Shown here in pieces: positions 52,033-61,772 of a DNA stretch of 64,000 bases. The notes under the pieces were generated by a model. The model had not been told where the DNA came from. It was given only the letters and a program-made list of their open reading frames with translations, and made no database searches. The translations under genes and the position numbers were made by a program. Position 1 is the stretch's first letter, and each line of letters starts with the position of its first letter. Source of the stretch: Candidatus Nanopelagicales bacterium (GTDB lineage Bacteria > Actinomycetota > Actinomycetes > S36-B12). Where the stretch lies: the NCBI GenBank assembly GCA_028687755.1, contig JAQTZL010000002.1, positions 148,459 to 212,458 on the forward strand, given 5' to 3'.

Positions 52033-53349
52033 TTACTGAAGTTCTCGCACGAGATCACCGAGATTGAGGCTTTTCCAATTCTCAATCAGGTTGGTCATGG
52101 TGTGCAGCATGACTCGGGAGGTATATAAATCCCGGAAAATTGGGTCGCGCGGTCCAGAAACAGCATCGATATCTTCAATATCGCGGGCGATGGCCACAGG
52201 TGCGGCCATGGAGATTCCGAAGTTGGTGGCCAAGGAGAGGCGAACATGCAGACTCAACTCTTCAGGGGAGATTTGGTCGTCGCCCTGGGCGTTAAATTCT
52301 TGAACAAAGGCCGCAAGGATTTCATCGAGATTTTCAGCCCAGACCTTTGGATCTGCGCACCCAAGGGCACCGCTCACTACTTGAGTAAAAGGCAGGACTC
52401 CACAGTTGGCCCAGTCAATGAAGCCGCAGTCAAGCGAGCCATCAGGAAGACGTTCAAACCAGCAGTTGTCGATGTTGCCATTCCAATGAGCAAAGGCAAC
52501 AAACTTGGGGCGGCCGCTTTGCAGAATTTCTTGAATGCGATCACGCGCAAGAAATCCATCAGCCACAAATGCTAAGAAGTCTTCGCGTAGCCCTGCATCT
52601 TGGAAATGCGTGGGAAAGAGTTTTGGGTAACGCTCAATGAAATCGAACATGCGGTGAGCGCGCTGCATCGTTTGCTCATCGGAAACCTGCGAACGAAATT
52701 GTGCTGCGCCAGCTTCAGCATCGGCAAAGAGTTCATCGAACTCGGGTGAAAGTTTCCCTGCACGATGCGCGCCTGAAAGTCGGCCCATGCTGGCAAAGAT
52801 TGCGCGGTAGTGATCAACAGCATCAGCATCGTCCATGAGGTAGTCCATGCACTTTGGGTGCGGAACTTCAACATTGCCTTCGCCATAGGGAATGAGTTCG
52901 GTAATTAGAAGGCCAGTTTCAGAAACGGGTTCGAGATCGCCAAACATTAAGAGCGGAACGTTCACTGGGAAATCAGGGGAGCGCGAGAGCAGTGCAAAGT
53001 TCACTTCAGAAAGCATCATGTGTTTCGCGCTATCCCATAAAGCGTTGTCGAAGTTGCGCGAGAACTTCACGAAGAGACGCTCAGGAAGTTTTGGATCGGG
53101 CTTTTCGTATGAAACGGTCAAGCGAAGCTTCTTGCCACTGCCACCATCAAAGAATTCTGCGGAATCAATGATCTCCACCACACGATTGTTCTCAGCAAGT
53201 TGGCCTGACGCGCGAAAGGCGTAGGTGAGGAACTCGGTGCCGCCTTCAAGGAGTGCCTCTGGATCGGCCGGGATTGACAGGCCGAAGTTATCGCCAACTA
53301 CCCAGGATTCCTGCGTGGCTTCATTTTCAGCTGCCACGGGTGAATTCAC
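52033..53349 (-). CDS. hypothetical protein with an atypical APH/CHK-like kinase fold
   Basis: LFVKFSR (Lys), LITELIPYG (hinge-like), AHWNGNIDNCWF (catalytic-loop-like) and GFIDWANCG (DFG-like). Aligned by eye only. Confidence 0.45.
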   Translation of the reverse strand: MNSPVAAENEATQESWVVGDNFGLSIPADPEALLEGGTEFLTYAFRASGQLAENNRVVEIIDSAEFFDGGSGKKLRLTVSYEKPDPKLPERLFVKFSRNFDNALWDSAKHMMLSEVNFALLSRSPDFPVNVPLLMFGDLEPVSETGLLITELIPYGEGNVEVPHPKCMDYLMDDADAVDHYRAIFASMGRLSGAHRAGKLSPEFDELFADAEAGAAQFRSQVSDEQTMQRAHRMFDFIERYPKLFPTHFQDAGLREDFLAFVADGFLARDRIQEILQSGRPKFVAFAHWNGNIDNCWFERLPDGSLDCGFIDWANCGVLPFTQVVSGALGCADPKVWAENLDEILAAFVQEFNAQGDDQISPEELSLHVRLSLATNFGISMAAPVAIARDIEDIDAVSGPRDPIFRDLYTSRVMLHTMTNLIENWKSLNLGDLVRELQ

Positions 53350-53399
53350 TGGGACACGTTATCAATGTGTGTTGTGCGTGACCTGAACATTGTGAAAAG

Positions 53400-53472
53400 C
53401 GCGCCCGGAGGGACTCGAACCCCCAACCGACTGGGTAGAAACCAGGAGCTCTATCCGTTGAGCTACGGGCGC
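53400..53472 (-). tRNA. tRNA-Arg (anticodon TCT)
   Basis: Acceptor GCGCCCG/CGGGCGC, D arm GCTC..GAGC, anticodon loop TTTCTAC, T arm GGGGG-TTCGAGT-CCCTC. One 27:43 mismatch. Confidence 0.85.
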
Positions 53473-53481
53473 CAGTGCTAC

Positions 53482-54774
53482 TTACTGTCTGGCTGCTCTC
53501 GCAGCAACATCAGCAGCACGCGCAATTATTGCAAGATCATCATCGGTGTGAGCAGCCGATACAAACCACGCTTCATACGCTGAAGGTGGCAACCACGCGC
53601 CGTTTTCCAGCATGGCATGGAAGAAGCGCCCGAACGCTGCGGTGTCTTGGGTCTTGGCATCGTCGTAGGTGTGCACTGGCTTGTCGGTGAAGAAGAAACT
53701 GAAGAGATTGCCAGCGCGCTGAGGTTGATTGGCAACCCCGTGCTTGGTGAGCGCATCAGCAATGATCGTGAACACTTGATCTGCCATCGCATCTAGGTGC
53801 ATGTAGACATCTGGGGTGCAGTTGCGCAGTGTTGCAAGGCCCGCAGTGGTCGCAACAGGGTTTCCGCTGAGTGTGCCTGCTTGATACACAGGGCCAGCTG
53901 GCGCAAGAAGATCCATGATCTCTGCATTACCAGCTACAGCAGCAAGCGGCATTCCGCCACCAATCACCTTGCCGTAGGTAAACAGATCAGGAGCCCAACC
54001 TTCACGAGTTCCTTCAATGCCCCACCAGCCATCAGCTGAAACGCGGAAGCCGGTCATCACTTCATCAAAAATGAAGACAGATCCGTATTGCTTGCACAGT
54101 TCACTAATTCGCTTGTTGAAACCAGGTGGTGGCGGAACAACGCCCATGTTTGCTGGAATAGCTTCTGTGATCACTGCAGCGATTTCATTACCTCGCTGAG
54201 CAAAAACTTCTTCAAGGGCTTTCACGTCGCCATAAGCGAGGGTGATGGTGTCTTTCGCCGCGCCTTCGGTTACGCCAGGGGAGTCAGGAAGACCAAGGGT
54301 TGCAACACCAGATCCAGCAGCAACCAACATTGAATCCGCGTGACCGTGATAGCAACCCGCAAACTTCACAATGACATCGCGCTTGCTCTTTGCGCGAGCG
54401 ATACGAAGAGCAGTCATCACTGCTTCAGTTCCTGAATTGGTGAAGCGCACCTTTTCAACGGCATTCACTCGACTCACAATTGCTTCTGCGAGTTCAACTT
54501 CTGGCGGGCAGGGAGCACCAAATGAAAATGAGTTCATTGCAACGTTTGCTACATCAGAAACAACATCTGGGTGAGCGTGACCGAGGATTGCTGGACCCCA
54601 TGCGCCAACGAGATCAACGTATTCATTGCCATCAACGTCAGTAATACGTGAGCCCTTGGCTTTGGCAACGTAGGGAGGCTTGCCACCAACAGAGCGGAAA
54701 GCGCGAACCGGAGAACTTACGCCTCCTGGGATAACGGCTTGGGCACGCTCGAACCAACGTTCTGATTTATTCAC
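53482..54774 (-). CDS. hemL: glutamate-1-semialdehyde 2,1-aminomutase
   Basis: [13 protein letters not shown] N-terminus, FDEVMTGFR and the GKVIGGG PLP-lysine region. Confidence 0.95.
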   Translation of the reverse strand: MNKSERWFERAQAVIPGGVSSPVRAFRSVGGKPPYVAKAKGSRITDVDGNEYVDLVGAWGPAILGHAHPDVVSDVANVAMNSFSFGAPCPPEVELAEAIVSRVNAVEKVRFTNSGTEAVMTALRIARAKSKRDVIVKFAGCYHGHADSMLVAAGSGVATLGLPDSPGVTEGAAKDTITLAYGDVKALEEVFAQRGNEIAAVITEAIPANMGVVPPPPGFNKRISELCKQYGSVFIFDEVMTGFRVSADGWWGIEGTREGWAPDLFTYGKVIGGGMPLAAVAGNAEIMDLLAPAGPVYQAGTLSGNPVATTAGLATLRNCTPDVYMHLDAMADQVFTIIADALTKHGVANQPQRAGNLFSFFFTDKPVHTYDDAKTQDTAAFGRFFHAMLENGAWLPPSAYEAWFVSAAHTDDDLAIIARAADVAARAARQ

Positions 54775-54779
54775 AAGGT

Positions 54780-55754
54780 TTACCGATTCAGCAAGTGAGC
54801 AACTTCCGTTGCCCAGTAGGTGGCGATGATGTCAGCGCCTGCGCGCTTCACTGATGTGAGAGTTTCAAGAATTGCGCGTTCGCGATCAAGCATGCCCGCG
54901 GCTGCTGCGGCTTCAATCATTGATGATTCGCCAGAAACCACGTAGGCCGCAACGGGAACATCAACTTCGCCACTTACTCGGGCGATGACATCTAGGTAGG
55001 GAAGACCTGGCTTGACCATCACGATGTCTGCGCCTTCAGCGACATCAAGACGTACTTCGCGAATTGCTTCCATAACATTGCCTGGATCTTGTTGATACGA
55101 CTTGCGATCCCCTTCGAGGGAAGATTCAACGGCGTCGCGGAATGGTCCGTAAAACGCTGACGCGTATTTAGCAGCGTAAGCAAGAAGAACCGTGTCGATA
55201 TTGCCTTCAGCATCAAGGGCTGAGCGCACTGCGCCAACTTGCCCGTCCATCATGCCGCTCAAACCAAGAATGTCCGCGCCTGCATCAGCAAGGGTGATGG
55301 CCATGCGTTGGTATTGCGCCAAAGTTGCGTCGTTGTCAACGTTGCCGTGGGCGTCGAGCACACCACAGTGGCCATGGGTGGTGAATTCATCAAGGCAAAG
55401 GTCCGCAATCACTGGAAGTGAATCGCCAACTTCAGCTTTAGTCCAACGAATTGCGTCAGCCAAGATGCTGTCGTGCGCACAAGCTGCCTCGCCATTGGCA
55501 TCTTTATTGGCAGGAACCCCGAAAATCATGACTGAGCCAACGCCAGCATTCGCTGCTTCATTGACTGCGGCTTTGAGGGAGCTCTGAGTGTGCTGAACCA
55601 CGCCTGGCATGGATCCAATGGCAATCGGTTCGCTCGCGCCTTCACGCACGAATACAGGCAGGATCAGATTTGCTGGATCAAGATGAACCTGACGCACCAA
55701 GCGACGCATGCCTTCAGTGCGACGCAGGCGGCGCGGGCGCTCGTGGATGTTCAT
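54780..55754 (-). CDS. hemB: porphobilinogen synthase (ALA dehydratase)
   Basis: RPRRLR N-terminus, active-site [10 protein letters not shown] and YVVSGE motifs. Confidence 0.95.
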   Translation of the reverse strand: MNIHERPRRLRRTEGMRRLVRQVHLDPANLILPVFVREGASEPIAIGSMPGVVQHTQSSLKAAVNEAANAGVGSVMIFGVPANKDANGEAACAHDSILADAIRWTKAEVGDSLPVIADLCLDEFTTHGHCGVLDAHGNVDNDATLAQYQRMAITLADAGADILGLSGMMDGQVGAVRSALDAEGNIDTVLLAYAAKYASAFYGPFRDAVESSLEGDRKSYQQDPGNVMEAIREVRLDVAEGADIVMVKPGLPYLDVIARVSGEVDVPVAAYVVSGESSMIEAAAAAGMLDRERAILETLTSVKRAGADIIATYWATEVAHLLNR

Positions 55755-55766
55755 AGTGGAATCAGC

Positions 55767-56825
55767 CTAGACCCCGGGGATCGTGGCCAAATCTGCTCGG
55801 GGGTTGGGGCAGCAGGTGCCAGAGCACAGGCCAGCAGGGGTGCTTCGGGTAGTGCCGTCATAGAGGGCGTCTTCCACCACATCCGCCAATGCCGCTACGA
55901 AATCCTTATCAATCCCTGGGGTGGGGATGCGCACGAACATCAGGTTGGCTTCTTCGGCGGTGGCCATTGCCTCGTTATCAAGATCCCAGATGACTTCCAT
56001 GTGATCGCTGATGAATCCGATGGGCACGACCACCACTGCTGTGGTTTCCCCTGCGGCACCGAGCTCGCGGATCACGTCATTGATGTCTGGTTCGAGCCAA
56101 GGATCTGTAGGGCGGCCACTGCGTGATTGGAAGACCAATCGATGAGGTGGCTTCATCAACGTGCTGATGTTCACCATTTTCATCATGTCGTTCATGACTT
56201 CTTCATGTTGACGGACGTATTCGCCAGGTTCAACGAATGGTTCCGGGCCTGACTTCAATGCAGAGTCAGTAGGAATGGAATGCGTAGTGAAAAGAATCTG
56301 AATTGCCGGCTCAAGGTGATTTTCTGAAATAAGAAACTTCAATGCATCAATAAGCACGCTTGCTGGCTTCGTGCGAAATCCAAGGCGATTGCCGTATGGG
56401 TGCGCCATTGAAATGTTGATATCACTAGAAGTTTCAGTGAGGGCCTTTGCGATGTTCTCGCGATATTGGCGACACCCGCTGTATGAGGAATACGCACTTG
56501 TGCCGATGGCCAATACGTTGGTGCGTTCATCGGCTTGCATGTCGTTGATTGCGTCTACGAAGTACGGCTTCCAGTTGCGATTACCAAAATAGATCGGAAG
56601 GTTGACGCCGCGATCCTTTAATTCATGTCGAAGTTCATCGATCAAATCAAGGTTTTGTTGATTGATAGGGCTCACGCCCCCAAAGCGAAAGTAATGCTGT
56701 CCAACAACCTCTAGGCGTTCTCGCGGAATGTTGCGACCTGCAGTGACATTTTCTAAGAAAGGAATGACGTCGTCAGGGCCTTCTGGCCCACCAAATGATG
56801 CAAGCAGAATCGCGTCGTAGGTCAT
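55767..56825 (-). CDS. hemH: (copro)porphyrin ferrochelatase with a Cys-rich C-terminus
   Basis: MTYDAILLASFGGPEG and FTTHSIP. Internal SGCRQY plus C-terminal CSGTCC suggest a [2Fe-2S] site. ATGA overlap with the hemQ stop. Confidence 0.9.
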   Translation of the reverse strand: MTYDAILLASFGGPEGPDDVIPFLENVTAGRNIPRERLEVVGQHYFRFGGVSPINQQNLDLIDELRHELKDRGVNLPIYFGNRNWKPYFVDAINDMQADERTNVLAIGTSAYSSYSGCRQYRENIAKALTETSSDINISMAHPYGNRLGFRTKPASVLIDALKFLISENHLEPAIQILFTTHSIPTDSALKSGPEPFVEPGEYVRQHEEVMNDMMKMVNISTLMKPPHRLVFQSRSGRPTDPWLEPDINDVIRELGAAGETTAVVVVPIGFISDHMEVIWDLDNEAMATAEEANLMFVRIPTPGIDKDFVAALADVVEDALYDGTTRSTPAGLCSGTCCPNPRADLATIPGV

Positions 56826-57532
56826 TGCAGGCTGGCAACCCAAGTAGCCGCATCAACACGGCGACCGGTGAAGAAAGGAATCTCTTCGCGAACATGCAGG
56901 CGAGCCTTTGCTGAACGCAAGGTGCGCATCATGTCTACGATTTCGTCAAGGTCATCTGATTCAAGAGCAAGAAGCCATTCGTAGTCACCAAGCGCAAACG
57001 CGGCAACAGTGTTGGAAAGAATCCCACCAAAATCACGGCCCATCATTCCGTGCTCGAACAGCATTTCGCGGCGCTCATCTTCAGGGAGCAAGTACCACTC
57101 GTATGAGCGCACGAATGGATAGACCGAGATCCAATCCTTTGGTTCCTTGCCGAGCATGAATGAAGGTACGTGTGACTTATTGAATTCAGCTGGGCGATGC
57201 ATACCCATGCCTGACCATGTCATTTCCAACGATTGACCAAGTTGAGACTGACGAAGTTCGCGAAGTGCTTGCTGAATGGCATCTGCTGTTGGCGCATGCA
57301 GCCAAGTCATCACATCTGAATCGGCGCGTAGCCCTGAAATGTCATAAAGACCGCGCACGGTGATGTCACGGGATGCCCAGCTTTCAAGCAAGGTGTTGAA
57401 CTCTGCAAGAGCAGACTCTTCTGGGCGGTAGATGCGCTTGAACGCGGTCCAGCAGGTGTAGCGAATGGTTTCATTTGCCTCGCGTGCTGTGAGCTTTGGT
57501 TTAGATGCAATGCGGACATCAGAAGTAGTCAT
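56822..57532 (-). CDS. hemQ: coproheme decarboxylase (chlorite dismutase family)
   Basis: WISVYPFVRSYEWYLLPEDERREMLFEHG. Confidence 0.9.
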   Translation of the reverse strand: MTTSDVRIASKPKLTAREANETIRYTCWTAFKRIYRPEESALAEFNTLLESWASRDITVRGLYDISGLRADSDVMTWLHAPTADAIQQALRELRQSQLGQSLEMTWSGMGMHRPAEFNKSHVPSFMLGKEPKDWISVYPFVRSYEWYLLPEDERREMLFEHGMMGRDFGGILSNTVAAFALGDYEWLLALESDDLDEIVDMMRTLRSAKARLHVREEIPFFTGRRVDAATWVASLQ

Positions 57533-57536
57533 GGGG

Positions 57537-58907
57537 CTAGTTTCTCACTTCGTTCATAGTGGCGCGCGCTTGGCTAATGGTGCCAGCCAAACCGTTGCCG
57601 GCAAGACCTGCAATTGCTAAAGAAAGGCCTTTGGTTTGGGCTTCGGCAGCCTTGAGGGCTGAAACCTTGGCTCGATGCCCAACACGAGGGTGAACAAGTG
57701 AACCAGTCCAACGCGCAGCGTGCGTGGTTTCGAAGGCCGGAAGAGATGCCCCCAAGAGAAGTTCAAGATCTGCATGGGCGATCGTTGGCAGATCTTCGAT
57801 CCTTTCCTTAATCACGCCATCACGACCATAGGAAAGTCGAACCACATGACGGCCAGGACCATAGGCCTGGCGAATCCATTCCCATTTCGCTGATGCGTGC
57901 GTGATCGCCTTGGCTTGGATCTTGGGAGTGCTTGGTGCGATAAGAGCACCGGAGCCCAGCGGGTCTTCATCCAGAAGTGGTGTTGAGACAACTGCGGCGA
58001 ATACAACGACGTCACCACCAGTGATCCGTGAGAGCGGCTCTTGAATTGCGGGAATTGATGACAACACCGGCGCTGCTGCGTGTGCAGCAAGGGCAACAAC
58101 GGCATGTTCCGTTTCAAATGCTTCCGATTTTGTCGTGATCGTCCATGTTGCTCCGCTAGCACTGACATCACTCACTGGCGTATTGACGATCAATTCAACA
58201 TTCATGTGTTCTAGATCGGCAACTAGGGCATCGATGAGTTGTGACATCCCACCAACAAGTCCGTTCACTGCGGCACCGGGTACTCCTGAGGCTGCGCGAA
58301 TTGCTGCAGCAGCATTTGCAAGTCCGCCGTGTTTTTGTGTTGCCGCTGTAATGCCCGGCATCAGCGCTTCTGCTTCAGCAAGATCAGGGTGCAATGCATG
58401 TACGCCGCCTACAACTGGCGTAGTGATGTAATCAGTTACTTCGTCACCTAGACGCGAGCGCACAAGTGCACCAAGAGTGAGTTCGGGATCCCAGTTCGTT
58501 GGTACCGGTTGTGCGTCAAGTTCGGCAGCACGCTGAGCAGCTTCTTTACCAATGATCGCCACGATGTCATCAGCAAGGGGATTTGTGGGAATTCCCAAGA
58601 GTGCATGCGGCATCGGGAAGGTTCCTTGGGGAACAACTAGGCGTGAATCAGATCGACGAGGTGCAATCACTTGATCGCCAAGGCCGAGCTCTTTGATCAG
58701 ATCAAGAGTTTCTGGCCGAGCGATTGCAAAGGCTTCAGCGCCAACATCGACGGTCACGCCACCGAGTGTTAATCCCTGAATTGCACCACCGAATCGATCG
58801 CTCGCTTCAATGAGGCATACAGATTTTCCTTGAGTTGCCGCTGTGCGCGCAGCAACAAGACCGCTTATTCCGCCGCCAACAATCACGACATCAAAGCGAC
58901 GAGCCAA
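57537..58907 (-). CDS. hemY: coproporphyrinogen/protoporphyrinogen oxidase (FAD)
   Basis: FDVVIVGGGISGL dinucleotide fold. TTG 58907 is preceded by GAGGAAGG; the track start is TTG 58937, inside hemE. Confidence 0.9.
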   Translation of the reverse strand: MARRFDVVIVGGGISGLVAARTAATQGKSVCLIEASDRFGGAIQGLTLGGVTVDVGAEAFAIARPETLDLIKELGLGDQVIAPRRSDSRLVVPQGTFPMPHALLGIPTNPLADDIVAIIGKEAAQRAAELDAQPVPTNWDPELTLGALVRSRLGDEVTDYITTPVVGGVHALHPDLAEAEALMPGITAATQKHGGLANAAAAIRAASGVPGAAVNGLVGGMSQLIDALVADLEHMNVELIVNTPVSDVSASGATWTITTKSEAFETEHAVVALAAHAAAPVLSSIPAIQEPLSRITGGDVVVFAAVVSTPLLDEDPLGSGALIAPSTPKIQAKAITHASAKWEWIRQAYGPGRHVVRLSYGRDGVIKERIEDLPTIAHADLELLLGASLPAFETTHAARWTGSLVHPRVGHRAKVSALKAAEAQTKGLSLAIAGLAGNGLAGTISQARATMNEVRN

Positions 58908-58911
58908 GGTT

Positions 58912-59982
58912 CTAGCCTTCCTCGTGAACGAGAGCAACCATGCGAGTTAATACATCTGGATCAGTTTCAGGTGGAACGCCATGGCCAAGGTTGACCACGT
59001 GGCCAGGCGCGCTCAAGCCGCGTTGCAATACATCGCGAACATTGGCTTCCAACGCTTCCCACGGGCCACTGAGAAGTTCAGGATCAATGTTTCCCTGCAA
59101 CGGTGTTGTTCCACCGAGCATCTCGTTTGCAACATCAAGAGGGGTGAATTGATCAACACCAACCACGGTTGCACCAACATCGCGCATTGCAACAAGCAAG
59201 TGACCAGTCTTGGTTCCAAAGTGGACTCGTGGAACAGGAAGGTCATCAACCATGCTCATTACCGCAGCGGAATGTGGTGCAACAAATTCCGTGTACTCAT
59301 CAAGTGTGAGTGCGCCAGCCCATGAGTCAAAAAGTTGAAGTGCGCTGGCCCCAGCGATTGCCTGTGTGCGTAAAAACGTTCCAGTGACACGAGAAACCCA
59401 TGCGAGCAATGCATGCCATGTTTCTGGCTCATCACGCATCAGTGCTTTTGTATGCAGATATTCGCGCGAGGGTCGGCCTTCAACTAAATATGAAGCCAAC
59501 GTGAATGGGGCACCCGCAAAACCAATCAAAGGAGTGGTGTCGAGTTCTGCAGTAACGATTCCCACAGTTTCAATGATTGGCGCGAGTGCTGCTGGATCGA
59601 GTTCAGGAAGATTGCGCACTTGCTCGGCAGTGCGAATTGCTTCGCCCATCACTGGGCCAACGCCAGCAACAATGTCGACATCAATGCCGGCAAGCTTCAG
59701 TGGAATCACGATGTCGCTAAAGAAAATTGCTGCGTCAACCTTGTGGCGGCGAACGGGTTGCAAGGTGATCTCTGCGGCCATGTCTGGCCGAAGGCAGGAA
59801 TCCAGCATTGCGGTGCCTTCGCGTAGCGCACGGTATTCAGGTAGTGAACGACCGGCTTGACGCATCATCCAGATCGGACGCGTGGCTGGTCGCCCGCCGC
59901 GGTAGGCCGTAATTAATGGTGAGTTCGCGGTGCGCCCAGAAATGAGCGGATGCTCCAAGGGAAGGGCGTCGAGGGAAGTCAT
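58912..59982 (-). CDS. hemE: uroporphyrinogen decarboxylase
   Basis: PIWMMRQAGRSLPEY signature. Confidence 0.95.
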   Translation of the reverse strand: MTSLDALPLEHPLISGRTANSPLITAYRGGRPATRPIWMMRQAGRSLPEYRALREGTAMLDSCLRPDMAAEITLQPVRRHKVDAAIFFSDIVIPLKLAGIDVDIVAGVGPVMGEAIRTAEQVRNLPELDPAALAPIIETVGIVTAELDTTPLIGFAGAPFTLASYLVEGRPSREYLHTKALMRDEPETWHALLAWVSRVTGTFLRTQAIAGASALQLFDSWAGALTLDEYTEFVAPHSAAVMSMVDDLPVPRVHFGTKTGHLLVAMRDVGATVVGVDQFTPLDVANEMLGGTTPLQGNIDPELLSGPWEALEANVRDVLQRGLSAPGHVVNLGHGVPPETDPDVLTRMVALVHEEG

Positions 59983-59991
59983 GGCATCAAC

Positions 59992-60399
59992 TTAGTTGCG
60001 GGCACGCTTGCGAATCACACAGGTGAGGCGAGCAGTGCAAGTGAGGTTGCCCTCGTCATCGGTAATGACGATGCCGTAGGTGGCGGTGCTACTGCCCTCG
60101 TGGATTGGGGTAGCCACAGCATGGACAGATCCGGTTCGGACCGCTTTGTGGTGGGTGCAGTTGAGCTCAAGTCCAAGGGAAACGCCATCTGAGCCAGCGT
60201 GCATCCCCCCTGCAATGGAGCCCACGGTCTCAGCAAGGGCGGCATTGGCGCCTCCGTGAAGGAGGCCGTACGGCTGAAGGTTGCCCATGACTGGCATCGA
60301 GGCCTTCACGCAACCTGGCTCCACGTGGGTAATGACCATACCCATGCTTTCCATCAAGGTGCCGTCTATCTGCGGGTAGGGCAACTCTGGTGCGGTCAT
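59992..60399 (-). CDS. PaaI-family hotdog-fold thioesterase
   Basis: LHGGANAALAETVGS motif. 135 aa. Confidence 0.8.
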   Translation of the reverse strand: MTAPELPYPQIDGTLMESMGMVITHVEPGCVKASMPVMGNLQPYGLLHGGANAALAETVGSIAGGMHAGSDGVSLGLELNCTHHKAVRTGSVHAVATPIHEGSSTATYGIVITDDEGNLTCTARLTCVIRKRARN

Positions 60400-60405
60400 G
60401 GCGCA

Positions 60406-60411
60406 AGTCTA
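60406..60411 (-). promoter_or_regulatory. candidate -10 box (TAGACT) for a leaderless thioesterase-hemE operon
   Basis: A TANNNT hexamer ends 7 nt before the A of ATG 60399. No SD in between. Confidence 0.3.
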
Positions 60412-60500
60412 GATCGTGAGGGAAAGTCGGCTTGAATGTCCACATCTAGGTCATGGGTCACACTTCCCGCACCGCGGGCGCGCTTGAGGCCAATTCACCG

Positions 60501-60506
60501 TAGAAT
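60501..60506 (+). promoter_or_regulatory. candidate -10 box (TAGAAT) for a leaderless hemA transcript
   Basis: TAGAAT ends 7 nt before the A of ATG 60513. No SD in between. Confidence 0.35.
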
Positions 60507-60512
60507 CCGGAC

Positions 60513-61772
60513 ATGGTCATGGTGATGCTTGGTGCAAGCCACCATGACGTCACCCTTGATGAAGTCAGTCGCTTGGCATTAGCCACCGAAGGGTTGGCTC
60601 CTCGATTAACCGCTGCTAGTGCGGACATCAAAGGCGCAGTCGTTCTCTCCACGTGCAATCGCTTTGAAATCTATCTCGACCTCGAGCGCTTTCATGATGC
60701 AGTTGAACTCACGACATCTTCTGTTGCTCAAGCCGCTGGGCTTGATTCAGGTTTCGTTGTCGACGCGATGCGCGTCGTGGTTGGCACTGCCGTTGGTCAG
60801 CACCTCTTCTCCGTTGCCTCTGGTCTTGAGTCCATGGTCGTTGGCGAAGATGAGATCGCCGGCCAGGTGCGCCAAGCATTGGCGACGGCGCAAACTGAAG
60901 GCACAACGTCCCCAAGCCTTGAACGCTTAATGCAACGTGCACTAGCAACTTCGAAGTCAGTAACCAGCTCTACGGGCTTGGGCGCTGCTGGGCGTTCAAT
61001 CGTCAGTGTTGGTCTTGATGTTGCTGAGCAGCGTTATGGGTCTGTTGCTGGTCGCCGTGCTCTTGTGCTTGGCACAGGTTCGTATGCTCGGGTTGTTACC
61101 GCTGCTCTACAAAAGCGTGGTTGTGTTGACATTCAGGTGTACTCATCATCTGGACGTGCAAATCAATTTGCACAAAATCGAGAAGTCTCGCCAGTCGGCC
61201 CTGAAGGATTGGTCGCCGCAGTTGCGAGTGCAGACATCATCGCTGCGTGCAGCGGGTCTGCCGAGTACTTGATCAATCGTGAATTGATGGAACGCGCACA
61301 TGTCCTTCGCGATAAGACTGCTCACCCAGTTGTACCAATCATTGACTTAGCACTTTCGCCAGATATTGATCCCGATGTCACAACTTGCGAATGTGCGGAT
61401 GTGATTAATCTTGAAGTGATTCGAGAATTTGCTCCGCGTGAACATTCATCGGCAATTCTTGAAGCTCAGGACATCGTGCTTCAAGCTGTCTCGGAGTTTG
61501 AGCTCTCAGAGTCAGGCCGCACCGCTGACCATGCTGTTGTCGCGATGCGCCAACACGTGATGTCGATCATCAATGAAGAGTTGGAACGCATCAGTACTCG
61601 CGTTGATGCAGAAACCGCAGAAGAAGTAGCGCGAGCACTCCACCGCGTTTCAAATTCCATCTTGCACACGCCATCGGTTCGTGCTCAGGAACTTGCACGC
61701 ACAGGTGAGTTCGCTGACTACCAAAAGGCAATCCACACGCTCTTTGGTATTGAACTCGATGCCCGCGGCTAA
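60513..61772 (+). CDS. hemA: glutamyl-tRNA reductase
   Basis: GASHH...LSTCNRFEIY catalytic Cys motif and LGTGSYARVV NADPH fold. Several in-frame Met codons at the N-terminus. Confidence 0.9.
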   Translation: MVMVMLGASHHDVTLDEVSRLALATEGLAPRLTAASADIKGAVVLSTCNRFEIYLDLERFHDAVELTTSSVAQAAGLDSGFVVDAMRVVVGTAVGQHLFSVASGLESMVVGEDEIAGQVRQALATAQTEGTTSPSLERLMQRALATSKSVTSSTGLGAAGRSIVSVGLDVAEQRYGSVAGRRALVLGTGSYARVVTAALQKRGCVDIQVYSSSGRANQFAQNREVSPVGPEGLVAAVASADIIAACSGSAEYLINRELMERAHVLRDKTAHPVVPIIDLALSPDIDPDVTTCECADVINLEVIREFAPREHSSAILEAQDIVLQAVSEFELSESGRTADHAVVAMRQHVMSIINEELERISTRVDAETAEEVARALHRVSNSILHTPSVRAQELARTGEFADYQKAIHTLFGIELDARG

